The notes under the pieces were generated by a model that was not told the origin of the DNA, did not search any database, and saw only the letters and a list, made by a program, of their open reading frames with translations. The translations under genes were made by a program, and so were the position numbers. Shown here in pieces: positions 39,053 through 52,313 of a stretch of 64,000 nt of DNA (position 1 is its first letter; each line of letters begins with the position of its first letter). The stretch is from Eledone cirrhosa. Lineage: Eukaryota. The stretch lies in NCBI GenBank assembly GCA_964016885.1, contig OZ024746.1, forward strand, positions 42,470,001 through 42,534,000, in the 5' to 3' direction.

Positions 39053-39607
39053 TATATTTAAATATATATATGTGTGTGTGCATATATATATATATATATA
39101 CACATACAAACATACATATATACATATATGCATGTGTGTGTGTGTCTGAACAAAACTCAAAAAGGTTAAACTGTTAATCAGCAGAATTTAAGTTAACATG
39201 GCAAAACAAAATGTGTTTCAGAAACACTGTTATCCATTCATTAGTGTTGACATCTTTATTCAACTAGAACGAGGCTGTCAATTATTACTAATAATGGGTA
39301 GAAAGGAGAGAATTATGATGTGTATTCGTTGTCTCCCTTTGCTTGATACAAAATGCTCACATACATATTAATACACACATACAGATACATTTATACACAC
39401 ACACAGATATGTATGTATAATATATGCTTGCAACTGCACATGCAGATGTGCCCAGATATACACACACACACAACACATATACATACATTAAAGAGAACAC
39501 TTGTGCTGAACTAATGAGAGTAATCTGCAGATACTTCACCCTGACTATACTTTTAGATTTGTACCTGTGTTCATTGGAGCTCTGGGATATGCTACTAACT
39601 ATCTTAA

Positions 39608-39817
39608 CCCTTTAGTGTTCAAACCGGCCAGAATTCTCTACCTCTTTCTGTTGAAACTGGTTGTAACTGGTCGCTCAAACTGATGTTAAGGTATTGTTCT
39701 CAAAATAAATACTTTCAAAATCTCATAGATTCGATATTATGTGAGATAATTATGTGAAGTAAAGCCTTTACCATGAAAATATAATAGTAAATATAGAGTA
39801 ATGTGAATGCTAAAGGG
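39608..39817. mobile_element. piggyBac-like MITE
   Basis: TTAA|CCCTTTAGtgttca ... tgaatgCTAAAGGG|TTAA. Confidence 0.75.
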
Positions 39818-40102
39818 TTAATACAAATCTTGAGAAGCTTAGTTTTACAGAAGAAAAGTCATGGCTAGTTAGGAAGTTGCAAATACTGTCCATTAATGGA
39901 AATAAAAATATGTAAAACATTTCAAACCATACAGAGCTACACATGCTATAACATCCATACATGCATGCATACTCACATACACAAACATGAACTCATGCAT
40001 ACATACATATGTACATATTTACCTAGTTGATGTTGTCTAAATTCCAATGAAAGAGTCTTGTTTCTATGTTAGATATCAACTCTCTATCAGTGAATATAAG
40101 AT

Positions 40103-40279
40103 AATTGTTTCTATTTTTTGGCACAAGGCCAGCAATTACCCAGTACATTACTGGTACTTTATTTTATCGACCCCGTAAGGATGAAAGGCAAAGTTAACCT
40201 CGGCAGGATTTGAACTCAGATCATAAAGCGACGTAACTCTATGCATGGTGTCCGACTCTCTACCAATACTGCCAATCCA
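40103..40279 (-). mobile_element. SINE family 1
   Basis: Matches 34037-34211. Confidence 0.88.
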
Positions 40280-41098
40280 AATAAAAGCAGAATACACACA
40301 CACACATACATACATAGAGCTTTCACACAGTTTTCATTGACTGAATTTCACTCACAAAGCATTGGTCAACCTAAGACTATAGTAGATGCTTGTTCAAAGT
40401 GCCATGCAGTGAAACCTAACATGAAACCATGTGGCTGCAAAGCAAACTATTTAACCATACAGCCATGTCTACTCCCAATCTTTTGACCTATTTTCTTTTC
40501 TGGAAGCTAGTTTTATCAACTAATGCTTTTCTATCTTGTTTCCTTTCATGTTCTATATATATTATATTGTAATATACTGGCTCCTTGTATACAAATGCAT
40601 TGTTGATTGATGAGAAATTGTTGTACCTGTGTGTCTGATGTAACAGTTTCAGTCATGAATTTTACATGTTTACATTGAAATTTGTATGTAATATTAGTTG
40701 TATCTTCTGTGGCTTGCTGATACATGGTTTCATGTTGATGAGCCAGTTTTTAATTATAGTACTTTTGTAATATATTCTAATGAACTTTTGTAGCTGGCTG
40801 TGATACATATCATATTTTATTTTATGAGATCTTTAACAACATATTCATCTATTCTATCAATAGAATGCATTTGATTCATGGGATTTTATTGGCTGTTATC
40901 TCTATTATATTTGTGTGAGTGAATTTGTTTTCCTATTATAGTATTTGGTCTATTAACAAGTTCAAGTATCCATCATTATTATATACCTCTTAAGCTATCC
41001 TTATTTAAACCTTCTTTAGTGGATGAAAATTTAAAAGCTCATCTCAGAAGGGATTTAAACTACAAACCATTTATGTTTAGGCATATCAACTACCCTTC

Positions 41099-41155
<57 letters not shown>

Positions 41156-41156
41156 C

Positions 41157-42000
41157 AGTAGACAGCTTCTGCTACCTAGGTGACTGAATTAGCAGCAGAG
41201 GTGGCTGTTCGGAAAGTACAATAACTAGGGTAAAAACAGGATGGAAGAAGCTCAGGGAGCTACTGCCACTGCTAGCTGCAAAAGGCTTTTCCCTCAAAAT
41301 GAAAGGCAGACTGTATGATGCGTGTATACGAACAGCAATGTTACATGGTAGTGAGAACTGGGCGCTGAAGGTGGAAGACTTACGTAGATTAGAGAGAAAC
41401 GAAGCCTGCATGCTCCGATGGATGTGTAATAGAAATATACGTGAACGGCAAATCATAAATGAATTGAGAGAGAGACTGAGCATAAGAGGCGGTTGCGTTG
41501 GTATGGACATGTGATGCGTAGAAAGGATGACAGCTGCATAAAAAGGTGCAGAGCACTAGAAGTCGATGGAAACCGCGGAGTGGGAAGACCCAAGAAGACC
41601 TGGGATGAGGTGATAAAAGCCGACCTTACTCAATTACACTTCTCAAAGGCCATGACACATGACCGTGACCTCTGGCGTCACGCAGTACTACAGAAGACCC
41701 GACCCCCATGAGTACAAGCCGAAGCTGGAGCATATAGACAATATGCCCCCACACCCTCCCACTGCAAAAAAGCACCTAACCCACACTATAAAGTGGATGT
41801 GTAGGCGCCACGGAAAAAAAGCACCCAGCACTCACTGTAAATGAGGTTGGTGCTAGGAAGAGCATCCAGCTGTAGAAATCAAGCCAGAATCAGTTCCTGT
41901 ATGAGCAAGACAAGGTCAGCCAACCGGACACTGCCCACAACAGGACAACCCGTCTAACCCATGCTAGCATGGAAGAACGGACGTAAAACGGTGATGATGA
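41157..42000 (+). mobile_element. 5'-truncated RTE LINE (family A)
   Basis: FCYLG...[21 protein letters not shown]...RWYGHVMR...GRPKKTWDEVI (ORFs 41299..41514 and 41493..41711); 3' UTR and (GAT)n tail. Confidence 0.92.
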
Positions 42001-42010
42001 TATATATATA

Positions 42011-42123
42011 TTATTAAGGCTATAGTGAGTCTTGTTACTCTGGAGTTTCGCTTGTTTATCAGAGGGACATCAGATAAACAGATGAAACTCCAGAGTAACG
42101 AGACTCACTATTTAGCCTTAATA
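42011..42123. repeat. Palindrome built from two 3' halves of a hammerhead
   Basis: ttattaaggctatagtgagtcttgttactctggagtttc versus gaaactccagagtaacgagactcactatttagccttaataa. GAAA-ctccagag-TA is present on both strands. Confidence 0.7.
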
Positions 42124-44209
42124 AAATGAATATTAAAACACTACTTGGAACAACCTATAGGAAATCGCTATGTGGTCTTTAAAAAAAACAAAACAAGATT
42201 GATATTATTCAAAAGGTCTTTTTTAGTGCAGAAATGTTAATAGACAAATTTATGATCAAGAATGACCAGTACATTCCCAAACAATTAGCTATTTACTGCT
42301 TTATCTGCAGGTATTGTGGAACATCAGCTGCAGCAATAGCTTCCAGCAGGTTTTTCTCATATATTTGGTAAAATCCCACTACATTTCAAAGGTATGAAAA
42401 CTCTGAAGAGCATAGAATAGATTTGTTGAGACACGTGATTAGAAAGTGTGGTTCAATGTTAGATTCAAGACAAGCAAAACAAATGAGAATAGAACAACAG
42501 CACTGAGGGCACAAATTTGTGTAAGTTATTGTAGAGATATATCCATTAATAGAATGTGAGATAGCTGAGAGAAGACAAACTTTTTGATCATTAAATAGTG
42601 ACCACTACCTTGGCCTTTTAGAATTAATTTCTAAATTGATCCTTTTCTTAACCACAAACAGTCCAGGAAGCTATTACCTCTACTGGTAAAAATGAATTCT
42701 CTTTCTGTCACCATTTATCAATGTTTTACTTGCTCTACTCTCTTTCTATCACCGCCTGTATCTGGTGCACTTTTATCATTTTTTGTTCTAGTTTACAGGA
42801 ATGTTAAACAAATGAAAACGACAATGTAGAACAGAGAGTAATCTTTAGACATGTCAGAAACAAGGCAACCTCTTTAGTGGTGGCTACAAAAAAAATGGGC
42901 TCTATAAAGTGTGGTTCGGGAATGATCATAGACAATGTCGCATAGTGAAGACTCTTTTGTCTTACCAATTACCAGACAACCTTTTTACTGCTGTTACAAT
43001 GATTGTATGTCTTGTTAAATTATTGGTTATAGGATGGGCAGCCCACTGCAGTAAATATGCCAAAAACTGGACCATACAACCATGAAGATATTGATGTACA
43101 AATATGATGAAGATGTATGGGTGCATGTACATGTGACTGTGTGAGTAACGTTCCAGCTTAGTAAATAAACTCTTCTAGAATAGAAAATACCAATTAATAT
43201 AAACAATTTAAAATGGTATTGTATATGATGCCTGTCTTTATTGTTTGTTTTTATGTACTTAACACATTTGAAAGTGGTAATTATGATTCTGCTATGTTAT
43301 GGATCTTCTATAGAAGAATACACCAGATTTGTTTCCCATTGTGCAATTAGGTGGGTAGAGGAGTGGACTTTTGCAATGCAAATTAACAAAACACTTCATT
43401 TTAGAGTGCACTAAACCATGAAACATAATTTCAACTGACTGAACTTGTTGATATTAAACTGTTTAACTCTCATATATAGTACACTGTTTATCAGGGGATA
43501 GAAATTACAAACTCTTCAGTTGAGAGCTTGATACTCCACCAAGCTAAACAATTGTAGCTCTTGTGATATCAGTCCTAACCTGAAATACTTATTTCTCTAG
43601 TTTGAATATAATTACAACTAGCCTATGACTATTATGTATGATTCTGTTAAGAATAGTACAATGCAATTCTTGTGTATTCTTCTTATGGGGAAAATGCTTG
43701 GAAAATTTCCACAAAAATAAATAAAGAGCACTGAAAATTGAGGTATATTTATGTGCCTGCTTAAAAGTGAAAGAAATAATTTTTCATCAACTAAATAAGA
43801 AGCTAGTGAATAGCTGACATTTTAAGCAATTTTCTAACTCTTCCACAAGAATGATAATTACTTATAAATATTCACAGAGAAGAAACAAAAATAATAATGA
43901 AATCAAAATAAAATTTGAGTGCTTTTTATTATAGACTTCAATTCAAGCCCTGCAGTCAAAACTGCAATATAACTGAACAATTGTCACACATACGCAAATG
44001 GATATAGATTTAGGATAGATACATTGAATTAACGGAATATAGAAAAACTACCCCCTTTCCTAAAAAAAAACTTATTTTAATCAGTGAATTTGCCTCTTTT
44101 GTATACTAATTTTTGATTGAACTATGAAAAGAGTGATGCATAATTGAAAAACAGAATGAGTCCATTATGTTTGGTTTGTAGGTAAGTTGTGTGTGTGTGT
44201 GTTTGTGTG

Positions 44210-44241
<32 letters not shown>

Positions 44242-44780
44242 CATGTGTGTGTGTTTTATAAATTATTAACTGGTAATTACATAGGAGTAAAAATGGAAAT
44301 TGTCTACTGTTGTGCTCAAGAATGAAATATATGTTATTTTCTTACTGGAAACTCAACTTGAACAAGATACATTAGATGGATAGTCTAAATGATAGTATTA
44401 ATGGCTAAAATCAATTGTGGTTGGCCAGCTACAGACAAGGTGTCCTTACTAATAACAAATAGATTTTATCTGTAAGTAAAAGGTAGACTTTACATTAAAA
44501 TGAGAGTTTAGCCCATCAATTTTATGAGGGTGGTGGCTCTCTTCCAAAAGTAGATAGAAGCAACATAAAAAAAAGAAAGTTCTAGACATAATTTAAGTTA
44601 AAAATACTATATTTTTTTTATACCTGCTAACTGAAGATATTCTGAAGAGCTTGTTGACTTCCAACAAAATAGAGATGATTCATTAAGAAAATGACAGTGA
44701 TGGTGGATATATATATATATAAAGTGAAATATATATGTGTGTACGCATATGTATGTAGATATATACATATGTCATTATAA

Positions 44781-44972
44781 TGGTGGATTGGCAATATCGG
44801 TAGAGGGTCGCACGCCATGCTTTGACACAGAGTTATAGCCGTTGCCATTCTGAGTTCAAATCCCCCCCCCCCCCAGGTTAACGTTGCCTTTCATCCTTAT
44901 GGAGTCGATAAAATAAAGTACCAGTAATGTACTGGGTAATTGCTGGCCTTGTGCCAAGAGTAGAAACAATTA
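44781..44972 (+). mobile_element. SINE family 1
   Basis: Matches the reverse complement of 34037-34211. Confidence 0.88.
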
Positions 44973-45181
44973 TTATTTAATGTCCATTTTCCCTGCTAAA
45001 GGTTGGTTGGTTGGTTGGACATATATATTTTCCCTGCTAAAGGTTGGTTGGACATATATATATATATATATATAAGTATTGAAGTTTCCGTTGAAAATTG
45101 AAAAAGTCATAGGAGTGAAGTGTGCTCTATGTAAGTACCAGAGCTAAATTTAATGTATAATAAACAATACAATATAATTAC

Positions 45182-45247
45182 CTCATTACCAGAGGTATCC
45201 CTAATAAGACGAATACAAGAAATGTCCTCATTCGTTCGTCGGACAAG
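45182..45247 (-). ncRNA. Decayed hammerhead ribozyme
   Basis: Minus strand: cttgt CCGACGA acg aatgaggac..gtcttatt agg GATA cc tct gg TA atgag. Stems are recognisable but there are two core substitutions. Confidence 0.45.
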
Positions 45248-45738
45248 GCAATATACAACATAGTGAAATATTTGAAAATTCTCCTCAAGAAAGGCAAAAG
45301 TTTAACGGGCAAAAAAATATATAAATAAAAGTAATGCAAGAGATATATAAAAATAAAATAAGGAAATATAGTTAGGGTATGTGTATAAATGTGTGTATAT
45401 TCACTCACAAATGTACATATGTGTGTATGTACAAATGCATGTGTATAGTGAAATAATGTGTGTGTAAGTACATATATGAGGGCAAGCATATCAGTGTATG
45501 TGTGACCACAAATACGTATATAATATATGTTGAAAAAGAAATTGTAAGATAATAGAGTTAACGTACATCCAGACTAAGGATTGAAATATATACACATACA
45601 AGTATGAAAGCACGCGTATAAACACACACACACGCGCACAACCACATACATGCGAGTGATATATACAGGGAAGGGAGTGTATCAGTCAAAGCAGTGTCAG
45701 GTTGAAGGTCGATACATATATAAAAATGAAAAAATGAA

Positions 45739-45800
45739 AATTGAATATCCCTTCTGCTTATATATATATATATATATATAAGCAGAAGGGATATTCAATT
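45739..45800. repeat. Perfect inverted repeat around a (TA)n spacer
   Basis: aattgaatatcccttctgctt (TA)n aagcagaagggatattcaatt. Confidence 0.9.
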
Positions 45801-45917
45801 TGTTGGTAAATCAACAAATATAAATGTTTATAACTGATTCAGAGCACTCAACAGATTTTCTGGAGTATAAGATACAATGATATTAAATAAATGGAAACTA
45901 TATTCATAAAACCATAT

Positions 45918-45980
45918 ATATTCTATTATATATATTTCAAGGGTACCAAAATTTTTGTACGCTATCATCAGATAAAATAC
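45918..45980 (-). ncRNA. Type-I minimal hammerhead ribozyme
   Basis: Minus strand: gtattttat CTGATGA t-agcgtac aaaaattttg gtaccct-t GAAA tatata TA atagaatat. Stem I is 9 bp with wobbles and stem III is palindromic. Confidence 0.7.
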
Positions 45981-46894
45981 AAAATGTTTTATAAATATTT
46001 GACATAACCAAGGATAATATACCTTAACGGTTCAAGTTAGCCCTGGATATTTAGAAGGAACAAGGGGCAGTGTGGTTACTTGATAAAGTGTGTGTGTGTA
46101 TATATATATACATATAAACACACAATTATTAATATCCATATTTTTCATTCACACTAAATCATGATAGTATCAAATTTTATAGTGTTAATGACACAATTCT
46201 AAATATAAACAGTTATTAACCAAACTTTATAGAAATTGTCTCATATAAATTATCTTATGTAAAGATCTATAAAAAATGCATCAGATTTTAACCCAGTGTC
46301 ATGTACTACAACATTCCTTGAAAATAATAAATTTAGACCAACTACTTTTAACCATCATTTTTTTTATTATTAATACATTCTAACAGTTTCTAAGCATACA
46401 ATTCTTCTGAATACACAGTAAATGCAGTTTTGAACCATTAAGGATTAATACTTTTTCTATCAAAGATAATTTAATCAAACAAATAGAGGCAACAACAACA
46501 AAAAGAAAATTGATACAAATTAAAAAGATGGAGTAATTTATGGTGTTTAGACTATATTTTCTAAGTAAATGTATTTTAAGTGAAATATAGTCTAGTGAAT
46601 AGCAAAATAAAGTCTCTCAACTTTGAAATATATTTTTTATAGATTATTAACATCAAAAACAAATTGTGCTGTACATTATATTATTTCTGGCATCACTTTT
46701 GACAGAACAAAAACACAAAAAATAAATAAATAAAATAAATAAATAGCTGGTTTGTTTAACAAAAACAAACTGGTTTACAATTATTAATTATAAAGTTTTA
46801 AGATCCATTTACTCTTCTACCACAAAATTGATTTTTTAAGACCTAATTTTCATTAATTTATGACAGAATATATTAGACAAAGTAAACAACTTAC

Positions 46895-46911
46895 TTGTTA
46901 GAAGAATGAAA
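46895..46911 (-). other. Candidate 17-nt micro-exon
   Basis: Minus strand: tgtatttgtatttatttctttAG | tttcattcttctaacaa | GTAAGT. No linked exons were identified. Confidence 0.25.
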
Positions 46912-47086
46912 CTAAAGAAATAAATACAAATACATTTCAGAAGCTGCTAGAAATAGGCTTTTTGAAGATTTTCTACAAAACAATTTCTCATTTGACTACA
47001 CAGGATTAGCTATTTCTTTTGCTATCCAGCTGCCAAACATTTAATCATAGGATTGTGAATTAATTTCTAAAAAACTTAAAATATAT

Positions 47087-47185
47087 AATTGTTTCTACTT
47101 TTGGCACAAGGCCATCAATTACCCAGTACATTACTGGTACTTTATTTTATCGATCCTGTAAGGATGAAAGGCAAAGTTAACCTCG
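47087..47185 (-). mobile_element. SINE family 1, 3' half
   Basis: Matches 40103-40202. Confidence 0.85.
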
Positions 47186-50100
47186 AAATATTTACATAGT
47201 TATACATAAATTATAAATAAAAATTCCTGTGTGCCATCTCCAATTGTCCATCACCCTTAGAACACTAAACAATTTCTCGGAGATATATACCAAACTGATA
47301 CAAAGACACACACACAAACACAAACCACAAAATTATTTATAAACAAAGTGCTTATAGCATGTGTAGCAAGTAACAGTTTTCTAAAACACATATAGGATGG
47401 TTGCTTCTGACAGGACCCACTGCAGAGAGTGTTTGAGGAGTCTGCTCCCACGATCCTCCCAGGAATAAGTGGGCGAAGAAAAAGAAGATACATACAGGAA
47501 AATAAATATTCCATTTATCAGTTTCTTTTCTTTTTCTTAAATCACTCCATTCTTTTCAGTATTTGAGTGTGAGTGATGTTATGAATCAGTTGATACAAAT
47601 GCAGCCATAGTGACTTATATGGTTATCTGTTTTCGTTTTGTTTTATTTAGTCTTATTTTCCAAATTAGTATTCATTTCATTATTATGTATAAGAACCATG
47701 AATTATAATTATTATGCCACTGTAGTATAAATATACTCCCAATGTTGCCTATCATATGACAGGTAACAGTATATAGAACAGATTTAATATGAAAACATCC
47801 CTATGTAGGATTTTAAACAATAAAGCCAAGACAATCAAAATATCATATGATCATATTGCTTCAAATTAAAGTAGTTTAAGAATTAAAAAAGGAAAAATTT
47901 CCTTTTAATGTACATTGTATTTTTATGTACAACAAAAATCTGTATGTGGCAACTGTGTGATTGTTAAAAATACAGATTTTCATTCATAATCTGTCCAGTG
48001 AAACATGCATCCTCAAGTATGGTTTGCTAATTTATTGTGGAACTAAATCTATACCAGACTCGTCCTTTGGACTGAGTGCTCTACCAACTATGGATATAAA
48101 CTCCCGATTTTTTCCACAACATATATATATATACACTTGAGCCATATGAATCTAAATTCTAATGTCTACTCCTAGTTATGATATAGGCTAAGTACTAAAT
48201 ATTTGTATTCCTATTATAATGATTATTCAGCTCTAGTATGGTAAGGAGAGAAAACATTCCCCATAACCCAACCAACCCATTTTATGATGGCAATAAACAA
48301 AAAGATTCCTTTGTATTAAGAATTGAAAACTGCTGAAAACAAAATGTCAACTGGTGCCCAACAAAGAAAGACAATATTTCAATATTTCTAGATAGCCTCA
48401 TCCTCACTGACATTAAATCTACAATATTTGTAACAGCTAGACAAGTCTACACCAAGTGGCTCTTGACAGGTTACAAGTTAGAAGAGGTTATGAAGTAATG
48501 TGAATACTGGATGAATTGAGCAAGATAGATATTATCAATAAAGTAATAAAGTAATGCATTAGCCTGAATAATAGAACAATATACAAAGGATGTTGGCAAT
48601 GAAATCAAATGAAATAAACAAAAAAAAAAGATATAACATAAAGTAAATAAATAACATTGTATTTAATAAAATGGCCAATAATATAAAGGAAGCAAAAAAC
48701 ATCCCACAAAATAACAAAGCAGTAATAGAACCAGTTTCCATTTGGGACAGTATCATTTTACCCTTTACAATGGCATGCTACTTTGAGATCTGTTTAATAT
48801 TCTGTTGTCATCCCCTAACAGAACAATATCAAAGATAATCTATATAACAAGGAAACCATTTATCTAGACGACTAAGTCAATATATGCACAACAGTAGTTT
48901 GGTTGACAGAAATAGCTTTCACTAAGCCTTTTGTTCCCAGTAGGTTTACCACAAATTTTAAAGAAAAATCAACACCACATTCTTTATCTTTTTCACACAC
49001 TTCTCAAACCCCAGCTATTTCATGAAACCTATACTTGATATGATAAGTCTAGTTTACTCAGATTAAAAGAATTATCATGCATATGTTTTATTTTAAAATA
49101 TGTCAAATATTGATAGCAGCCTATATTACAAAATATTTAGTCTCATAGAAGTAGAAGACATAGATATATGCTGAACAAAGTTTGTTTCACTTGTAGCATG
49201 AATATATAATAAATAAAATAAAGATGTTGATGATACAAATGCTAGTTATGATATATTTATGTCAAAGATTTTCTAACTAAAACATGTCTATTATCGTCTG
49301 CAATAACAAAAAATCCACAATTATCTCTAATTTTGATTACATAGAATTACCCTTTGAACATGAATATTGTCTTTTGTTAGTCCTGCCTGTATTTACAAAG
49401 AAAACAACTCTGTCATCAGTGTCAGTAAAAATTTAAATTTCTAAGAGTATAACCACATACTTAAGCCAATGAGCTGCATATGTATTTAAGTGATTAAGAA
49501 ATCTTAGCTATAAAACCTAATATTACTGCTAGTGATCCACAAGAACAAGCTGCATGTGTTATATATAATCATGTTGTTATGTTTATGAGGTCATTGTACT
49601 TCATATGAATTAAAAGGAATAATGTGGTAATATTGATTTCTTTCTTGGATGCAAGATATTTTTGTTTGGGAAAGAAGTAGAGCTGATCAGCTTAATCACA
49701 ACAGTAATAATATTTTATCAATTCTGGAAGAATAACACCATCTGCCAATGGGATTTGAAATCAGAGTTATAAGAAGAACTGAATAAGATATCTCGCAAAA
49801 CCTAGTCCATATATTTATTGCCTTCGACATCTTGACTGTGTTAACATGACAATGTCATGGTGAACTTCAAGAAATGGACCTTTATTATTTAAAGAAATTA
49901 TTTGTTAGATTTATGCAATTAAGGAATATTTCTTCTGCATCAGTTAAGTATTCAAAATATTATGCAATTACTCCTGAATAATTTTCCATGGAAAATATTG
50001 TAAAATTAGACATTTAATGTCATGAATGTCTTTAAGAGATAGTGAGTGCAAGCAGTAGAGATAACTACATGTAACAACAACAAAAATAAGTGTCATCATT

Positions 50101-50439
50101 ATTTTACATTCTTTCCCATGCTAGCATGAGTTGGACAGTTCAAAATAAACCACATCATTATTTAACTGAAACCACTGTCCTTCTAGATGGGTTAGGAAAC
50201 AATATCTTGCTCAAGGCAGTTGACTTTGGCATACTTTCTACAGCTTAATGCCCTTTCTAATGCCAACAAATTTCTATTCTATTACATGCATGAAAATAAA
50301 TAGCATAATTTAACTGATTAACTTCAAATGCTTTAAACCAGCAGTGTTTTCATAAATAACTTTTACCATCCCTTAAATATCACCTTAATTCAGTTTGTTA
50401 TATGAAAGAAATAATGTTAAATAGTTTACTTTAAACACA

Positions 50440-50960
50440 CAGCTACATTCTTGCACCCTGCCCAAGGAAGGGGCAAAACAAAAGTAGCAGAGTTATGTCT
50501 TTCCAAAAATGGTAATGTTTTTATATGTCAGCAAAGAAACAGTTAGATGAAGCTCTGTTCAATGTATGACAATGTGTATTCCATCAACTAGGGAAGAGCA
50601 TATAGAAGTGTGTGTCAAGGCTGCAAATCTGAGGATGAGATAAAGTGAAAGGCTGAGTTAGTGTATTGTGCACCTCCCCACAGGCTAGCGCTACAGTATA
50701 TGGGGGAATATATATATATTACATTTGTGGCAGATTATCAATACAGGGTACATGCAATGAAGAGCTTGGGCAAAGTTTGCTTAACATGGAGGTGGTCCTG
50801 ATGACCCTTGAAATAAATAAGATTTTTTCAAAGCTGTAATCCATCATCGGAGCAGAAAGAAAACCAATCAGACTGGTGGTGTAGGATAGAAAGCCCATAT
50901 GCAACATGTGTGTGAGGAAGAACCATGAGATAAGTCTGGCCAGTTGGCTGCTTCATACTT
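50440..50960 (-). mobile_element. Decayed CR1/L2-group LINE 3' region
   Basis: Minus strand YCSASLWGGA...DLQP resembles the YCSHIWGGA...LQPL pattern. Many disruptions. Confidence 0.4.
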
Positions 50961-51088
50961 TGCTCATATATATATATACATATACACATATATACATATG
51001 TATATATATAATATCTAAAGTTCTAATGTACCTTAGTATATTGTATTACATTTTTGTCCCATCCCTATTTATTTATATATATACCTCT

Positions 51089-51461
51089 CAAATGCGATGA
51101 CACACGACCGTGAACTCTGGCGTCATGCAGTAATACAGAAGACCTGACCCCCCACGGCTACAAGCCGAAGCTGAAGCATATAGACAATATGCCCCCACAC
51201 CCTCCCACTGCAAAGTGGCCGTGGAGGTGCCACGGCAGAAAAGCACCCAGCCCACACTGTAAAGTAGACGTGTAGGCGCCACGGAAAAAAAGCACCCAGC
51301 ACTGACTGAAAATGAGGTTGGTATTAGGAAGGGCATCCAGCCAAAATCAGTTCCTGTATGAGCAAGGCATGGTCAGCCGACCAGACACTGCCCACAACAG
51401 GACAACCCGTCTAACCCATGCTAGCATGGAAGAACGGATGTAAAATGGTGATGATGATGAT
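51089..51461 (+). mobile_element. RTE LINE (family A) 3' end
   Basis: Matches 41642-42000, with ~48-bp tandem subunits and a (GAT)n tail. Confidence 0.9.
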
Positions 51462-52034
51462 ATATTTATATATACACATATGCATATACATAAATCTCCA
51501 CATGCACTGTAAAACTTTTGTAATATATTTTGTATGAATGCATAGGCCCTATGACAAATAAATGAAATTATTATTATTATTATTGATTAAATAGTATAAG
51601 ATAATGATCTTTTCAGTACAAGTTGTGAATGATTCAATATTAATATATGAAAAAAAAATGTACAGAAAATTTTCAATGAAATAGATTGTTTTTTTTTTCT
51701 GTTTCCATGATCTACTTTGCATTTTTATGAACACTGGTACCATTCCATTCCACAGATTCTTATCTGTGCTTCAATCTGCTATTCTAGAACAAATAGCATT
51801 GCTTATATATTTATAAATTTCTATAGGTTGGTAGGATGATGATAATGACAATGTTGGTAATGATGATGTCAGTGATGATGATGATAATAGTGGCAATGAC
51901 GATGATGTCGGTGCATCAGGCACACTGACTCAGCATGTGAAAACCTGGTTGAAACACTAAAATGAAATCCCTTTAGACAATTTAGTTTTGCAAGAAAATT
52001 ACTTTGAAATTATCATTAATGTTATTGTTGTAGT

Positions 52035-52065
<31 letters not shown>

Positions 52066-52090
52066 TTCATTATAAGTATTATTATTATTT

Positions 52091-52313
52091 GGATGGTGGA
52101 ATGGCAGTATTAGTAGAGCATCTGGCAACATATTTTGTGGGATATTCACAGTTATGGTCATTTACTTTCTGAGTTCAAATCCTGCCAAGGTTAGCTTTGC
52201 CTCTCTTCCTTACAAGGTCGATAAAATAAAGTACCAGTAACACACTGGGGTTGATTTAATTAACTTTCCCTTCCTCCAAAATTGTTGGCCTCATGCCTAA
52301 ATTAGAAACCATT
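52091..52313 (+). mobile_element. SINE family 1, older longer variant
   Basis: gagttcaaatcc B box plus the ggtcgataaaataaagtacc core. Confidence 0.8.
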
